NCBI GenBank assembly: GCA_034780895.1
Contig: JAUZTB010000001.1
Location: 110,255,570 to 110,319,569, forward strand
DNA: 64,000 nucleotides
Direction: 5' to 3'
DNA from: Rhynchobatus australiae
Lineage: Eukaryota
Every line of letters begins with the position of its first letter. The first letter of the stretch is position 1. This document shows positions 24,682 through 37,860 of this stretch, in pieces. Position numbers and translations under genes: made by a program. Below the pieces are notes generated by a model. It was not told the DNA's origin, searched no databases, and saw nothing but the letters and a program-made list of their open reading frames with translations.

Positions 24682-26670
24682 NNNNNNNNNNNNNNNNNNN
24701 NNNNNNNNNNNNNNNNNNNNNNNNNNNNNNNNNNNNNNNNNNNNNNNNNNNNNNNNNNNNNNNNNNNNNNNNNNNNNNNNNNNNNNNNNNNNNNNNNNNN
24801 NNNNNNNNNNNNNNNNNNNNNNNNNNNNNNNNNNNNNNNNNNNNNNNNNNNNNNNNNNNNNNNNNNNNNNNNNNNNNNNNNNNNNNNNNNNNNNNNNNNN
24901 NNNNNNNNNNNNNNNNNNNNNNNNNNNNNNNNNNNNNNNNNNNNNNNNNNNNNNNNNNNNNNNNNNNNNNNNNNNNNNNNNNNNNNNNNNNNNNNNNNNN
25001 NNNNNNNNNNNNNNNNNNNNNNNNNNNNNNNNNNNNNNNNNNNNNNNNNNNNNNNNNNNNNNNNNTATGAAGCTTTTCACTGATCATGCCTCAGCCTAGA
25101 TGACTAATGGTATTATGTTTGGAAGCACTGCAATATTCTCTACAATATTCTTGGTTTAAGCCTTTGCTGCAAACAATAGACCATCGTCAACCATTTCAGA
25201 ACCCATCATGTTAAATATTACCATCATCTCTGATGATGAAAGATTAGAGCATGGAATATCATTGAACACGCTCCCCAGGGGGAAATTTGCAGGTAGCCGA
25301 CACTATATCTATCCTATTAGACTGGAAGCTCTGACCTGGATATCTGATTGAACATTGATATTTGATTTGTTTTGTTACTCCCACACAAAAGCCTGTCTAA
25401 GTGCTATGTTGTTGGCTTGTAATTTTTATAACTCAAATTGCATTTGCTCCCTTTTCTGATTTTTGCACCATCAATCAGCAGTGTTTAATCAGGTGGTTTC
25501 AAAAACATTGGCCTGGATGTTATGGTTGTCAGGACAGTGGAACTGTTAACATTTATTGTTGCATCAAGGGGCTGCCAGCAACTCCTGCAATATGCACAGG
25601 CACAGTTGAACACTGCAACCCAGAAACTGTCAGCAATGATTCCCTCCCCCTCCATGTGATCTGCAATTTTGCAACCTTCNNNNNNNNNNNNNNNNNNNNN
25701 NNNNNNNNNNNNNNNNNNNNNNNNNNNNNNNNNNNNNNNNNNNNNNNNNNNNNNNNNNNNNNNNNNNNNNNNNNNNNNNCCAAAATTAGTTTAAAACTTA
25801 GTTATCAGATGAAATTCCATGCTTTGCTAACTTTTCTCACCACAAGCTACACCCCTCCTTTTGACTAAAATTGTGTTTTATTTCATGAGGCGTGTCAGTT
25901 CTTAATGGTTTACTTTGCTGTAATTACTGCTTAACAGTCTCCTGTGTTCTAAAAAGCTAATGTTATGTATGTGTATAGTTTTTTTTCCCTCAAAATAGTT
26001 ATACAATGTAATGGATATTAAATATTGCTTAATCTTTATTCATGATATTACTACTTTTGTGTTCAGCTGCCATTTTATGTCATTTGGTTTAAAATATGAA
26101 TTAAAATTTGTATATTTTATTTCCTGGTTTGTTGGCTCTGAGAATTCTTCAGTGTGTTTGGTTAATTTGCCTGTTTGATAATGTTGTGTTGGATTCCAAA
26201 GAACTTGACCTTGACACCTGGGATCAAGAAAAGGAGAGACAATGCTGTGGAGATTGTTGAAGCTTTGTGGATTACTCTTTCCAAATGAAATCACTTCACT
26301 ACCAACTCCAAGCTTGCACTTTAAAGGGTGTTTCACTGAAACAGAATGTACCTTAATAATTTATAAACTCAGTGCTGTTCATACACTTGCTAACAATTCA
26401 TTATGGTGAATACCCTCTGTTGCATTTCACCTTCCTCTGGTTACAACTAACGTATCTTTCTCCTTTCATTTTCAGTTATTCTAGTTGGTTTGTGTGTAAC
26501 TCAGGTTGACTCAAGTCCTTTACAGCTTGTTGCTGTTGTTTCTTTCCAGTTACCCTAATCCATATTGCTATGCAAGTTTATTTCTTTTTTTCGATATACA
26601 TTGCCGATAGCTAAAATAACAGTCTTGGGGAATGTTGCTTGAAACCTAACCGCTTGATCTCCATACTAAT

Positions 26671-27373
26671 GTGTCAGCTTTGTCTCAGTGCTCTGGGTCA
26701 GGATTCAAGACTTGCAGACATGATCTAGTCACTTCTGCACTGTATTAAGGGAGAGCTGTATTGTCAGCGGTGCTGTCTTCCAGAAAAGATATTAATCCAC
26801 TGTCACTTTTACTCTCTTGTATGGAAGCTAAGCTAGAGTTCTATTTGAGGAAGAGTAAGTGGTATCACCCATGTCCCGGTCTGCATTTAATGTGCAGCTA
26901 ACATTTAAAATAGATAAACAGAATAAATGACCAGATTACCTGGAGCGCAGGAGAATATTATAGAGGTATACAAAATTATGAGGGGTATAGATAGGGTGAA
27001 TGTATACAGGCTTTTTCCCCTCAGGTTGGGTGAGACTAGAACTAGAGAACATAGGTGTAGGGTGAACGGTGAANNNNNNNNNNTTCCAGCAGAAATGGTA
27101 GATGCTGGTTCAATTGTAACATTTGAGAGAGGTTTGGATAGGTACATGGATGGGAGGGGTTTGGAGGGATATGGTCTGGATGCAGGTAGATGGGACTAGG
27201 CAGAAGATTAGGTCGGCATGGACTAGATGGGCCAAAGGTCCTGTTTTTGTGCTGTAGTACTCCATTATGTGAGCTTGCTGTGTGAAAATTGACTGTGATG
27301 TTTCTTAAACTGGTTGTGAAGCACTTGGGACATCTTAGATTGTGAAATACTTTTACAAATGCAAGTCATTCTT
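26671..27373 (+). mobile_element. DeuSINE (SacSINE1-like), interrupted by CR1
   Basis: Deu-domain-like GGGAGAGCTGTATTGTCAGCGGTGCTGTCTTCCAGA...CTATTTGAGGAAGAGTA. After the CR1 it resumes with the tail GAGCTTGCTGTGTG.AAATTG...GTGAAGCACTTGGGACATC...AAATGCAAGTC.TTCTTT. Confidence 0.7.
26926..27262 (+). mobile_element. CR1 LINE 3' end nested in DeuSINE
   Basis: ORF reads IIEVYKIMRGIDRVNVYRLFPLRLGETRTREH...PAEMVDAGSIVTFERGLDRYMD, followed by a CR1 3' UTR. Confidence 0.9.
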
Positions 27374-28933
27374 TTATAATATTAACTGAAGAGTTAACTA
27401 TAGCAATAAAGAAAATGCAATTTCATATATGCTTATTTTTCAAATGGCATGGTTAAAAGAATGGTGTAGTTAAAGGAAGCAGAAATAATGCAATATTAGA
27501 TTTGGGTAAAGGTTTGAATCTGTTTTAGTTAATTTGAATTTATGAACTAGAATTGCAGTAATTCAAGGCAAAAAAATTAACNNNNNNNNNNNNNNNNNNN
27601 NNNNNNNNNNNNNNNNNNNNNNNNNNNNNNNNNNNNNNNNNNNNNNNNNNNNNNNNNNNNNNNNNNNNNNNNNNNNNNNNNAGTAATTCAAGGCAAAAAA
27701 ATTAACATAGCTATATGATGCATGTATCAGATGTATCAGTAAGAAAGGATTGAAATAACAAGAAAGATCTGCTGTTCATTTATTAGCACAGTGACCAATA
27801 ATGTCAGGCCTGCATTCAGATTCACAAAAAAAAACAAAGGGAAAACAGATTATCACAGAGTGCAAACATTAATGGATTAAACCAGCAAGTCATGAATTAG
27901 GTTGAAAGCACATACTTTATTATCAAACCTTTTACATTAAAATTGTTTTAAATTCCCACATTTTTACTATCTGTTTTTAAGCAGGTTCTTGGTAGGTAAG
28001 AGCCCATTCTTCAGGCTTCTTTGCTTCCAAGACTGCTGCAGGAATCTTATTCAGGAAGTAACAAGGTGAAAACATCAATACACATTTAGGCAAGGGTAAT
28101 GTTAACTTAACCTAAGGGTTAACGTGCAGGTTTATATTATTCAATGTATGTATCACAAATAAATGTCTTAGTATTTCTGGGCATTAAGATCGTTTGGACG
28201 TATTGGCATTCGACCTTGTTCATGGGGTACAGGAGCTGGATGGGTGGGGTGGAATGGGGTGCAGAATAGGTTCCAAAAACTAAATGGCCATTTTGTGTTA
28301 TGCCATGAATTGCAGACTGGGAAATTTAAAATACTAAATTTTTAAAAAATGTTACAGGATTTCCACACTGGAAGCATCACTGGAAGTATAATGCCAATGC
28401 TAAAACAAGCCCAATTGCACAATCAAAATATCGGCCAAAAATCTAAAAGATCAATTCAATGCAAAATAGACATAGAAAAGTTTTATTAAGTGCTGTATTC
28501 TTATTTCTGGGAAGAATAGAGCAAATAACTAATTTTATAAAAGACGACCAATCTCTCCTACTCCCCCATCTTCTATTCTATCAACTACGCTTCCACAAAG
28601 CCAACAACATCTATACTATCACTGCAGGGCTCATCCTTCTGTTCCACTGTTCCACTGTTCCACTAAATTACAAAGATCACTGAAGAAAGAATATCTTAAA
28701 AATGAAATAGAGAACCTAGTTGTAAGATTTTGCCTAGTGAAGGAAGCACAAACAATTTATGAGCCTCTTTAAAGGAATACTCAGCAAATGACTGGTAATA
28801 ATCATAAGTATAAATTGCTGCATTTAGTGGAGCTCCCTATATAGATAGTAATAATTATGGGATGCTGTCATGGAAATTCAAGGCCTTGAATTTCTCCCTC
28901 CAAAAATGCTACCTAACCTGCTGATTACTTCCA

Positions 28934-28956
28934 GTGTGTGTGTGTGTGTGTGTGTG
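28934..28956. repeat. (TG)n microsatellite
   Basis: Directly visible. Confidence 0.9.
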
Positions 28957-30205
28957 GTGCTTGCCAGTTTATGGTAGCAATGTTTACAGTGCACATCTCT
29001 AACATGGTTTCAACTTCACAGATGATTGATTATCGTTTACAGGTTGATTATTTACTTTGAAAATCCTAAACCAGTTCCTCATTTCATTAAATTCTTTGAC
29101 TAAATATTTGAGACTTTTACATAAAAGAAAGAAACCTTTTGATGGAATGAAGTGTGGGTTATCTTTGACTATAACAGGCAGTGTAGGCAAATAGACTATT
29201 TAAATGTTCTAGTGATTGTACAGGAGCAATCTGGGACATGTAGATAATAAATCAATACTGCAATGGTGACACCAATCAAATGGAATTTTTCATCAGAGCA
29301 TATTGAAAATATCCTATGGAGCTAAAACCACAGAACCATCCACGGAAAATTAATTTTCAGAACATGTACTTACATGTGGCCTTAGTTATGCTATTGGTAA
29401 CTATGTAAGAAGCAAAAGTGAGGCATGATCATACTTATAATCCAGTGCAAAATCCTAAGAAAATACTGTTTATATTGAGGTTGCATATCCACTTCCAATA
29501 AATAAACAATTTGAAATATTAAAGGGAGATTTCATGGTCAAAATGGGAAAAATATATGTTCAGTTTAAAAACAAAACTTTCTCATACTCATTACTAATTC
29601 TAATGTTTCCTGTTTAAAGAGCAAATCCTAATCGTATTGGCTTCTAGTGGGTGTTCTTAAAAATACTTAAGATGAACATTCCTAACTTTCTTTGCAATTC
29701 AACAGGTTGTTGCTCCAGAATATTTGTCCAAGTGAAGGACATCATAGTAATAATTCAAAGTTATGTAGTTTGAGTAAATTCGCTGAGAAGACTGAAGTGG
29801 AAAGGCCCAGTCTTTTAGACTTGCCAGGAACATCTCTTCTTAGATGCTAATTGGCTAAAATGTGGGTATACAGGGTTAAAAAAAACAATGATGGGAAGCA
29901 GAGGAGGGTTGATAGTTACCACAGAGGAGAGCCCCTTATGTAAAGAATAGTTGAAGAATGAAAGAAAGAAATATGCAAGGCCAACTGTACATAGTTTTCA
30001 TGGATAAATGTATGGAATCCTGAAATTTAATCTCCAAAACAGGAAATATTTTGAAATACCATGCAATAAAATGGAATTGGACATTTTTGCTCAATATAAG
30101 TAGACGGATTTAATAGATAGATTCAAATCTCAAAACACTACTAAAGATTCAGGAACTCCCTCGAATAAAAATGGAACCTGATTCATTCAGTTCAAATCAG
30201 TGAAA

Positions 30206-30253
30206 GGGAATTTAAAACAAAATCTTGGGAATTTAAAACAAAATCTTGGGAAT
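30206..30253. repeat. Perfect 21-bp tandem duplication (GGGAATTTAAAACAAAATCTT x2.3)
   Basis: Directly visible. Confidence 0.9.
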
Positions 30254-31459
30254 CAATATATTCTTAAATTTTCATCATATAAGAAAACATCAATTCTGAG
30301 ATTTCAAGGAAAACATCATAAAGACATTAATATGGTGCACAACCTATGACCTCTGTGACATAATTGCAGCCCACTTATTACTGCATTTATCTGAATTTGT
30401 TAAGGTTTGAAATGCATTCTCAATGATGTATATAGTATTATTGGTTTCAGAATACATTGTAAACTGCCAGAAGACCAATCTTTCCATTGTAGCTCTGGGT
30501 GGCTGCTGATTTGCATTAACATAACTAGTTTGTTTGCAAGTCTTTCTGAAAGCAGTGTCAGGAAACAAGATGCTTTTATAGCTCCTTCAACATAAAGGTA
30601 GTCAACTCAGGGCAGTATTAAGACATATGGTACTTTGGTCTCTTAAATAGGGTTTTGGATGTTTACTTGAGCACCCCTACGGTAATGGGGAATGCAACAA
30701 TTCTTAAAAAGTAGCATTGTCAATGAAAAGATTTAGTGAGGTGTGAAGAAATTTCTTGAGACTAGAGACATAATCTGGTGATCCAATTCTCCCCACTGTG
30801 TCTATTTCTGTGAAACTCCATTTGCTTTCTCCCAGTTGCCACATGCTCCCCCACCCTACCTAGCCAATCCTATAGGTTTCCCACATTGTCATGGTCTTTT
30901 GTCTTTCTGGCTTTAAACAGAAGAGCAAGGAACAAAGTTCTAAGGGGCAGGGAACATCAGGAGCTGGTGAAGAATGGTGGGATGGAGGTCAGGATCCTGC
31001 CCCTACTGCCATCAGTTACTAGGGTTTGTGCTGCCCGGCTGAACACCGTTCAAAGACATTGCTGGGCTTTGTTCGACTGTGCAGGGATTAGGCCGAGCAG
31101 TCTGAGAATTTGCCTTCTAATTAAAAAGGATAAAAGATGGAAGTAGCATGAGACTAAAACGTTGCAATGTTACTTCACAGGCTGGTGCCCGGTCACAAGA
31201 CTTCCCAAGAAGTAGTGAAGTTCTTCAGTTTTTAGAATTACAATTTAACCATCTTTAAAAGTAAATTTTCATTCTTTTCTGATATAACAATCGCTGTCCT
31301 TTAACAGTAACCTTAACTAGAAAATGACACCTTGCAAATTTATTTTTATGAGTATACACAATCTAAAGATTTTATTCAAGATTCAGACTATTAAATTGAA
31401 TGAACTTTTATTAATACATTTTTCTTTCCAAAGGAAGAGAAAATGCAAATATGTGCAGC

Positions 31460-32600
31460 AAGTTTACTGTCGCAAGATTCTTCTCAATAGTCTTTCCTTA
31501 CTGATGGTATCATGGGCTTTCATGAGGTCAAAAAAGGCCAAGTGTAATGTCCATGGCAGCTCCCTGGAGTTGTTGTATGTTGAAGGTAGTATCTACTGTG
31601 CCTCTGTACAGATGAAATCCACACTGTGATCCAGGAAGCAGCTCTTCAGATGCTGAAAGGCGGAGGTTGAAGAGGACCCTGATGATGACGTTCCCTTTTG
31701 CAGAGAGCAGGGAGACCTTGCTGTGATTACTGCAGTAAGACTTGTTTCCTTTCTTGAAGATGCTCCTGATTGCTATGTCTCCGAGGTCTCCTGTTGTGTC
31801 CTCTTTCCCTAGGTGTAGGTGAAGCAGTTGTGAATTTGTGATTCAAGTTGCTCTCTGCCAAATTTTGAAACTTCAGCAGAGAGACTGAGCTTTTCAGATG
31901 GGTAGGGCTTTTTTGACTTTTAGTCAGATAATGAGGCTGGACCAGATAATTTGCTGTAGAATGGATTCAAGACCACTCATATCTGGGATAGAGTCAAGAG
32001 CAGAACTAAAGTTCTCCTTGGCCACATCTGTAGCTTCTAGCTTTGGTATGTATGCACCATGTCTACAGCATATTAGACTGTGTGGAAGGTTCATGAGGTG
32101 TTCACCGGTCTAACAGGTGGAGTCACTAAGATGTAGCTTAGTTTATTTATGATGCTAGAGCCCACCCAATGAAGTTGGCGTTCCTCTTCCAGTTGGCCGT
32201 TCTGTCTCCTGTTCATTGTGTCTCACTTAGGGTGGCCATGAAGATGTCAGAGTATCTGATTTCCCAGGCTCTGATAGCAGAGTGACATTCAGTTCTTGAC
32301 GATCAGGGTTGTTGACGAGGGCCCATTATTATTCAACACCAGGCAAGGTAGTTCAGCAAGTTCAAGGGTTTTAGATGAGTGGGACCAATTGTGGAGCAGT
32401 AGTCCAGACAAAATTATTCTTTCAGCGCTGCACATTGCGCACGTGAAAATTATCTACACAAATGGAGAGGAAAGTCCGCGCTCTAAATGCCGCCAGAAGG
32501 AAAGTTCTTGCTGAAAATGCCACTGGAATGAAGGAGCTCCTGGATGGCTTTAGACCACAGTGGATATCACCAGAGGCATTAACGTACCTTACAATGTGGT
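31460..32600 (-). mobile_element. RTE-clade LINE remnant (reverse transcriptase N-terminal region)
   Basis: Minus strand 31800-31465 translates to DIAIRSIFKKGNKSYCSNHSKVSLLSAKGNVIIRVLFNLRLSASEELLPGSQCGFHLYRGTVDTTFNIQQLQ, then after a frameshift LHLAFFDLMKAHDTIS. This matches RTE motifs FKKGxxxxCxNYRGISLL / LPESQCGFRxxRGTxD / AFxDLxKAFD. Confidence 0.85.
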
Positions 32601-33887
32601 CACCTTGAACTCAAGCTCTATTCAATTCTTTTGAGACCCATGGGCACTGCAAGACACAGCAGTAACATAGTCCTATTAAGAGAAATATCATTAATATATT
32701 GCATTTTTTTTAGCATGAGAAGAAAGAGACAATTAAATTTGCTTCAAGTTAAAAACTCAATGTTCTATATGATTCTGGTATTAATATTTAATTAAGATAC
32801 AGCAACAGACCACTAGGGGACAGTGCAAAAATATAATAGTCATAAAGAAAAGCAAGTCTGAACTGTGAAAGATTTCATAAATAGATTTAAATGAAAATAA
32901 TGTGTCATTCCAATCGATGTTCACTATATTTATTCTTTTAAGTATGGGCTTCTCCTGGAATGAATCGTTACAATGGAAAATTTTCACCATTAGTGCTATC
33001 CGTGAGCAACTTCATGTTGAAAATTATGGCAATAATGAAGTCATGAACTTCTGAAATGAGTTGGAGTGAGGAAATCTGTCTGGCTGCTGGCAAAAAATCA
33101 TAATGAAAGTTTGTCAAATTATTATACACTGAAATTNNNNNNNNNNNNNNNNNNNNNNNNNNNNNNNNNNNNNNNNNNNNNNNNNNNNNNNNNNNNNNNN
33201 NNNNNNNNNNNNNNNNNNNNNNNNNNNNNNNNNNNNACGTGGATGTTATTTGGCATTTCACCTCCCACTGGAATAAAATTTGATAAAAAAAACAAATATG
33301 ACTTATTAACAAAGTTACCAGATAACTCCAGAATGAATTCAAAACCATGTTTAAGACTTTGCCAGCAGTCATGTGTTCAGAATGCTTTGGATGTTTTGTG
33401 AAACACCATCTAAGTCACAAATGCTTGCAAAGGGGCTTTCATTCTTTAGAGCAATATGCCATAGCTCACTGTTACCTGTGAGATATTCTAATCTTAATAT
33501 AATAAATGTGTACAGAACTGAACAAAATACACTAAAGACACTTAGTAGCCTGTTACTCTAATTAAAACTGTGGCTGCTTGATTTATTCTGCACCATGCAT
33601 CTCAGTGTCATTAAGCGTGTTCAGGTTTAACTTGTTTTGTTCGTATTTTACATATTCAAGAGCTTGATCTAGGTTCATGCTGTCATTTGTGTAAAATTAA
33701 ACAAATTGCTTTAACTTGGAGCATGTCTGGGATGTGTTCTGATTAATCTAATTCAAAGCCTTGACTCTTCCAAGTGTACTTAGGCAAATCCATGCAAAAC
33801 TCCTAAATTTATAAGCAAGGAGCTCTTGACGAACACAAAAGCTCCACTTAGCTGTCACAACTTTCCCTTGGCAAATCAGCAGTGGCA

Positions 33888-34022
33888 GTAAATCAAAAAC
33901 TGCAGATGCTGGAAACCTGACATAAAAACAGAAATTACTGGAAACACTTAGTAGGTCAGGCAGCATCTGTGGAAAGAGAAACAGTGTTAACGTTTCAGAT
34001 TGAAGATGAAGAATCTTCAGAT
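33888..34022 (-). mobile_element. Penelope pLTR fragment
   Basis: CTGCAGATGCTGGAAA..CTGGAAACACTTAGTAGGTCAGGCAGCATCTGTGGAAAGAGAAACAGTGTTAACGTTTC. GAAACGTT is retained on the minus strand but stem II is scrambled. Confidence 0.7.
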
Positions 34023-34679
34023 GGATACTTATGTAGATGTTTGTGTGTATTATAACAAATCATTTGGCGAGCTTGCATCTGTCAATACTGTTCAGAATGG
34101 TAAACAAACATTTGATTCTATGAACAAAAACTATCTGATTGTTTCCATGTGATCTCTCAGTCTTGCCTATAACTTGCAAATAACTGTTAATCTTCCCCTT
34201 TTTCTGAAACAGCTGTGAAAATTAAGAGTAGAATCTTGTATTAAGGCTGATGTCTGCAGGCTCAGGTATGCCTAAGTAAGAGCTCAGATGCTCTATGGAC
34301 CACTGGTCAAGTCAGGTGATATCAGTCACACAGAACTGGGAAGGGTCAAACTGTAGAGATAAAAGCTTAGCTGTACCATATAATATGAACTGCAGATAAC
34401 TAAAAATGTCATAATGAATATCAATATCAATGATTTAAATGAAAAAGTAGTTTATAAGCAAAGAAGTACCTCTATCAGAACTTTTTTTAATTTTGGTAAA
34501 GCTCTGCAAAGTCGGCAGACGTATAACTGAAAATCCAATATCCTTAAATTCCAGAGTTGTCTAATTCTGGATTTATAGAAGAGTAAATGATTAATGTTTA
34601 AAAATTAAAGGGTCAAGATAATATAAATTGTTCTTCATGAGAGTATGCTGAATTAGCAATGAATAGGGTAAATTCAAGC

Positions 34680-35335
34680 TTGTGTAGACTGGGACACTAG
34701 TGAGGAGAGTGTTAGATCAGTGTAGGTATAACAAGAGCAAAGGATGAGGGCTTCAGCAATGTATGGGCAGAGGCAGGTTATAATGAAGCAATATTACAGC
34801 AGTGGAAGGAGAATCGCTCATTGGCAGAGCAGATTTATGGTCAGGAACTTAGAGTCAAATACGACGACAAGGGTGGGGATAGTCAGGTTCTACCTCAGAC
34901 AGTTGGAAGGGCGAAGAATGCAATTAATGTCCAGAGAACTGAATTTGTAGTCTACAGGATACAATGACTTTGGACGCCTCACTGTTAACTGGGAGAAATT
35001 TTTGCTTACCCAATAGTGCCCGACATAGAGTGATACAAATCAGAGGTGAAGAAAAGTTTGAGAGGGAAGCTAAGAAAGAGGTTATGTCATCATGTTTTCT
35101 CAGATAATGACAACAAGGACCAACTCATGGATGAGAAACAGGAGAGAACCAAAGGCATATTGTTTGGAGATGCTGCAGTTAAAGCGCAGGAGCTGGAAGA
35201 GAAGCTATTGCAGGTGATTCTTTGGTTACAACTGGATAGAGAAGGATGAAATCAAGTTCCTCCAAGCTGAATGACAAATGGAAGATATTGGAGAAAGATG
35301 GTGTGCTCAGCAGTGCCTTTAAGCTCACTATCTCT
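34680..35335 (-). mobile_element. L2 LINE reverse-transcriptase remnant
   Basis: Minus-strand fragments EHTIFLQYLPFVIQLGGT / SLSSCNQRITCNSFSS / GSLLFLIH correspond to L2 DHxILLxRL..GT / YLSxRxQ / LGPLLFxIY. Confidence 0.7.
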
Positions 35336-36139
35336 GTGATTAATTGACAGAAAACAAGAGACAATAGATTGGTTCATGCTCAGTCTGGCTTGCCACTTGT
35401 CTTTTTCCCCAAGCAATTTTCCATTGGCTGCACTTACATTTTGCAGCTCTATTGGATCAAGCAACCTGCAGGTGAGATCTTTTGGCTACACTACGAGGCA
35501 AGCAGGCTGTGAGTGACAACGAGGCCTCCGATGGCACACTCTGGTGCCCTACCCTGGGGCTGCCCTTTGTCAGCTCAGGGGCACTAACAAACAATGCAAA
35601 GAGATTTAAATAATCTACATAAATAAAAACTATTAAAAAGTATAAACTTACTTAAAATACCTTAAACTATTATTAATCACACATTAACTTCTAAGTAAAA
35701 TAATTGAATAAACTATTAAGATACACTTGCCTTTTTAATCAAGGTTAGCAATCTCATTCAATTGAATGGGGTAGCAGTACTGATACCAGATCTGACTGGC
35801 TGGATGTAAAGTGACTTCTCATCTCCAAGCATTTGTGTTTCTTTGCTGGACTCAGTGGTGAAACCAATGGCAGCAGCAGGTCAGTTGTTCCAGCAAATGA
35901 CCATCAGTCTTCTCTGACTTCTGTGTCTCAATGCACAAATCTAGAAGTTAGTGACCAACAGATTCAAGAGGAGGAGGTACAGTGTAACTCCAATAATCGG
36001 GCATTCTCAGGACTTTGGTGGTGCCANNNNNNNNNNNNNNNNNNNNNNNNNNNNNNNNNNNNNNNNNNNNNNNNNNNNNNNNNNNNNNNNNNNNNNNNNN
36101 NNNNNNNNNNNNNNNNAATAAAATTTCCAATGAACCTGT

Positions 36140-36260
36140 TAAGTTTAAAGGGAGTGCAGAAATCTGGGCCCAGGTAAGTTTCAAAGGGAATGTGGCAAGC
36201 AGGGCCCTGGTGAGTCTAAAGTGGGTGCAGTAAACTGAGTTTAAAGGGAGTGCAGGAAAT
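36140..36260 (+). repeat. Degenerate ~35-bp tandem repeat (4 units)
   Basis: Units start at 36140, 36175, 36211 and 36236 with the core T(A/G)AGTTTAAAGGGAGTGCAG. Confidence 0.65.
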
Positions 36261-36777
36261 ATCATCTGGTCAGATAGCAGTTTACTGAAGTTTTACTGTG
36301 GTAAGCAGTTCTCTATGCAACTGTTAGCCAGAAGGAAGTAGAATTCAGCCAATGTCTGATTTCACTCTTCCACTGAGTACACAACCCTCTCTCTGATACC
36401 ATTTCTGAGGCTTATTCCCCCCCTTACAGATAGGAAAATTAATTTGATAGTAAATTTGAGATAATGATTTTTCAAAGGGGAATTAACTGCCAAAGATATT
36501 AACCAGCCTACGTTAAAATGAAATCACAAATTTTAGTTGTACTGTCAGTGAAAAGATGCTAAATTTAGTAATGCTGAGCATACTGAAATTTACCTTTTAT
36601 GAGGAATACAAAAGAGGACAGCTTTTTCTATAATGGGAACTAATTGAAATATGCAAATTATGCAGGAAAGGCTTTACTGGCACTAACAAACAAATAACAA
36701 ATATTTATGATGCATCAACAACAATTATCAATCATACATAAGAAGCAATGGAAAAGAAATATAACTCTCCTCAACTC

Positions 36778-37860
36778 ATAGAATCATAGAAAATTTACAA
36801 AGCATTTTTCCTATCTTCTCGCTAATCAATTACTTTGAATCTATGCCCCCTAGTTTCTAACCACCCTGTGAGGGGAGATAGGACCTTCCTTTTCATTCTA
36901 TCCAGGGCCCTCATAATTTTCTATGCTTTTAATAAGTCTGCCCTCAGCTTCCTGTGTTCCAAAGAAAGCAGCCCCAGTTTATCTAATCTTTTTGCGTAGC
37001 TACGCACTNNNNNNNNNNNNNNNNNNNNNNNNNNNNNNNNNNNNNNNNNNNNNNNNNNNNNNNNNNNNNNNNNNNNNNNNNNNNNNNNNNNNNNNNNNNN
37101 NNNNNNNNNNNNNNNNNNNNNNNNNNNNNNNNNNNNNNNNNNNNNNNNNNNNNNNNNNNNNNNNNNNNNNNNNNNNNNNNNNNNNNNCCTGCATGCCTTT
37201 CTAACCACTATACTAATCTCTCCTGCTACCTTTAAGGATCAGTTGGCATGCACTACAAAGTCCCACTGCTCCCCCACATCACTCATTATGCCCCTATTTA
37301 TTGTATATTTCCTTACACCACCCAAATGCACTACCTCACACTTTCCATTTTCTTCTGCCCAAATCACAAGACCAGCTAAACCCTCCCTAAGTTTAAAACT
37401 ACTCTCCTCACTGTCAACAACATGCCCATTTTTTGCATCATCTACAAAGCTCTTTATCATGGCCCCCTACATTTAGGCCTCAACTATTAATGTATAGTTA
37501 ACAATAATGTTAATGTTAATAATGTTAACAATAATGTTAACAATAAACAGAGTAGCATATACTGAGCCCAGTGGAATGCCACTGGTAACACTCTCCTGCT
37601 ACAAAAACATCTATCAACAATTACACTGCTCTTTCTACCTCTGAGACAACTTTGAATCCAGTATGTCACTCTCCTTTAGACCCCCTGGGCTTTTGGGATC
37701 TTGTCAAAGCCTCGGTAAAATCCATACAGGCTATATCCAGTGCACTGTGCTCATTGGCCCTCCTTGTTACCTCAAAGGATTCAGTCAGATTAATCAGAGA
37801 AAACCTTTTCTTAACAAATGCATGCTGGTTGTCCCTAATTAGTCTTTGTCTTTTTAAATT
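36778..37860 (-). mobile_element. CR1 LINE, fragmented
   Basis: ORF pieces include WIQSCLRGRKSSVIVD, IKSFVDDAKNGHVVDSEE and LDKLGLLSLEHRKLRADL. There is an (ATAGAATC)n tail at ~36778 and an internal TAATGT/TAACAA simple repeat at ~37485-37545. Confidence 0.85.

Noticed and set aside
27984-28000. 11-nt microexon-like CAG|GTTCTTGGTAG|GTAAGA
   Set aside because: Too short to distinguish from chance, not frame-preserving, and no host gene is identified.
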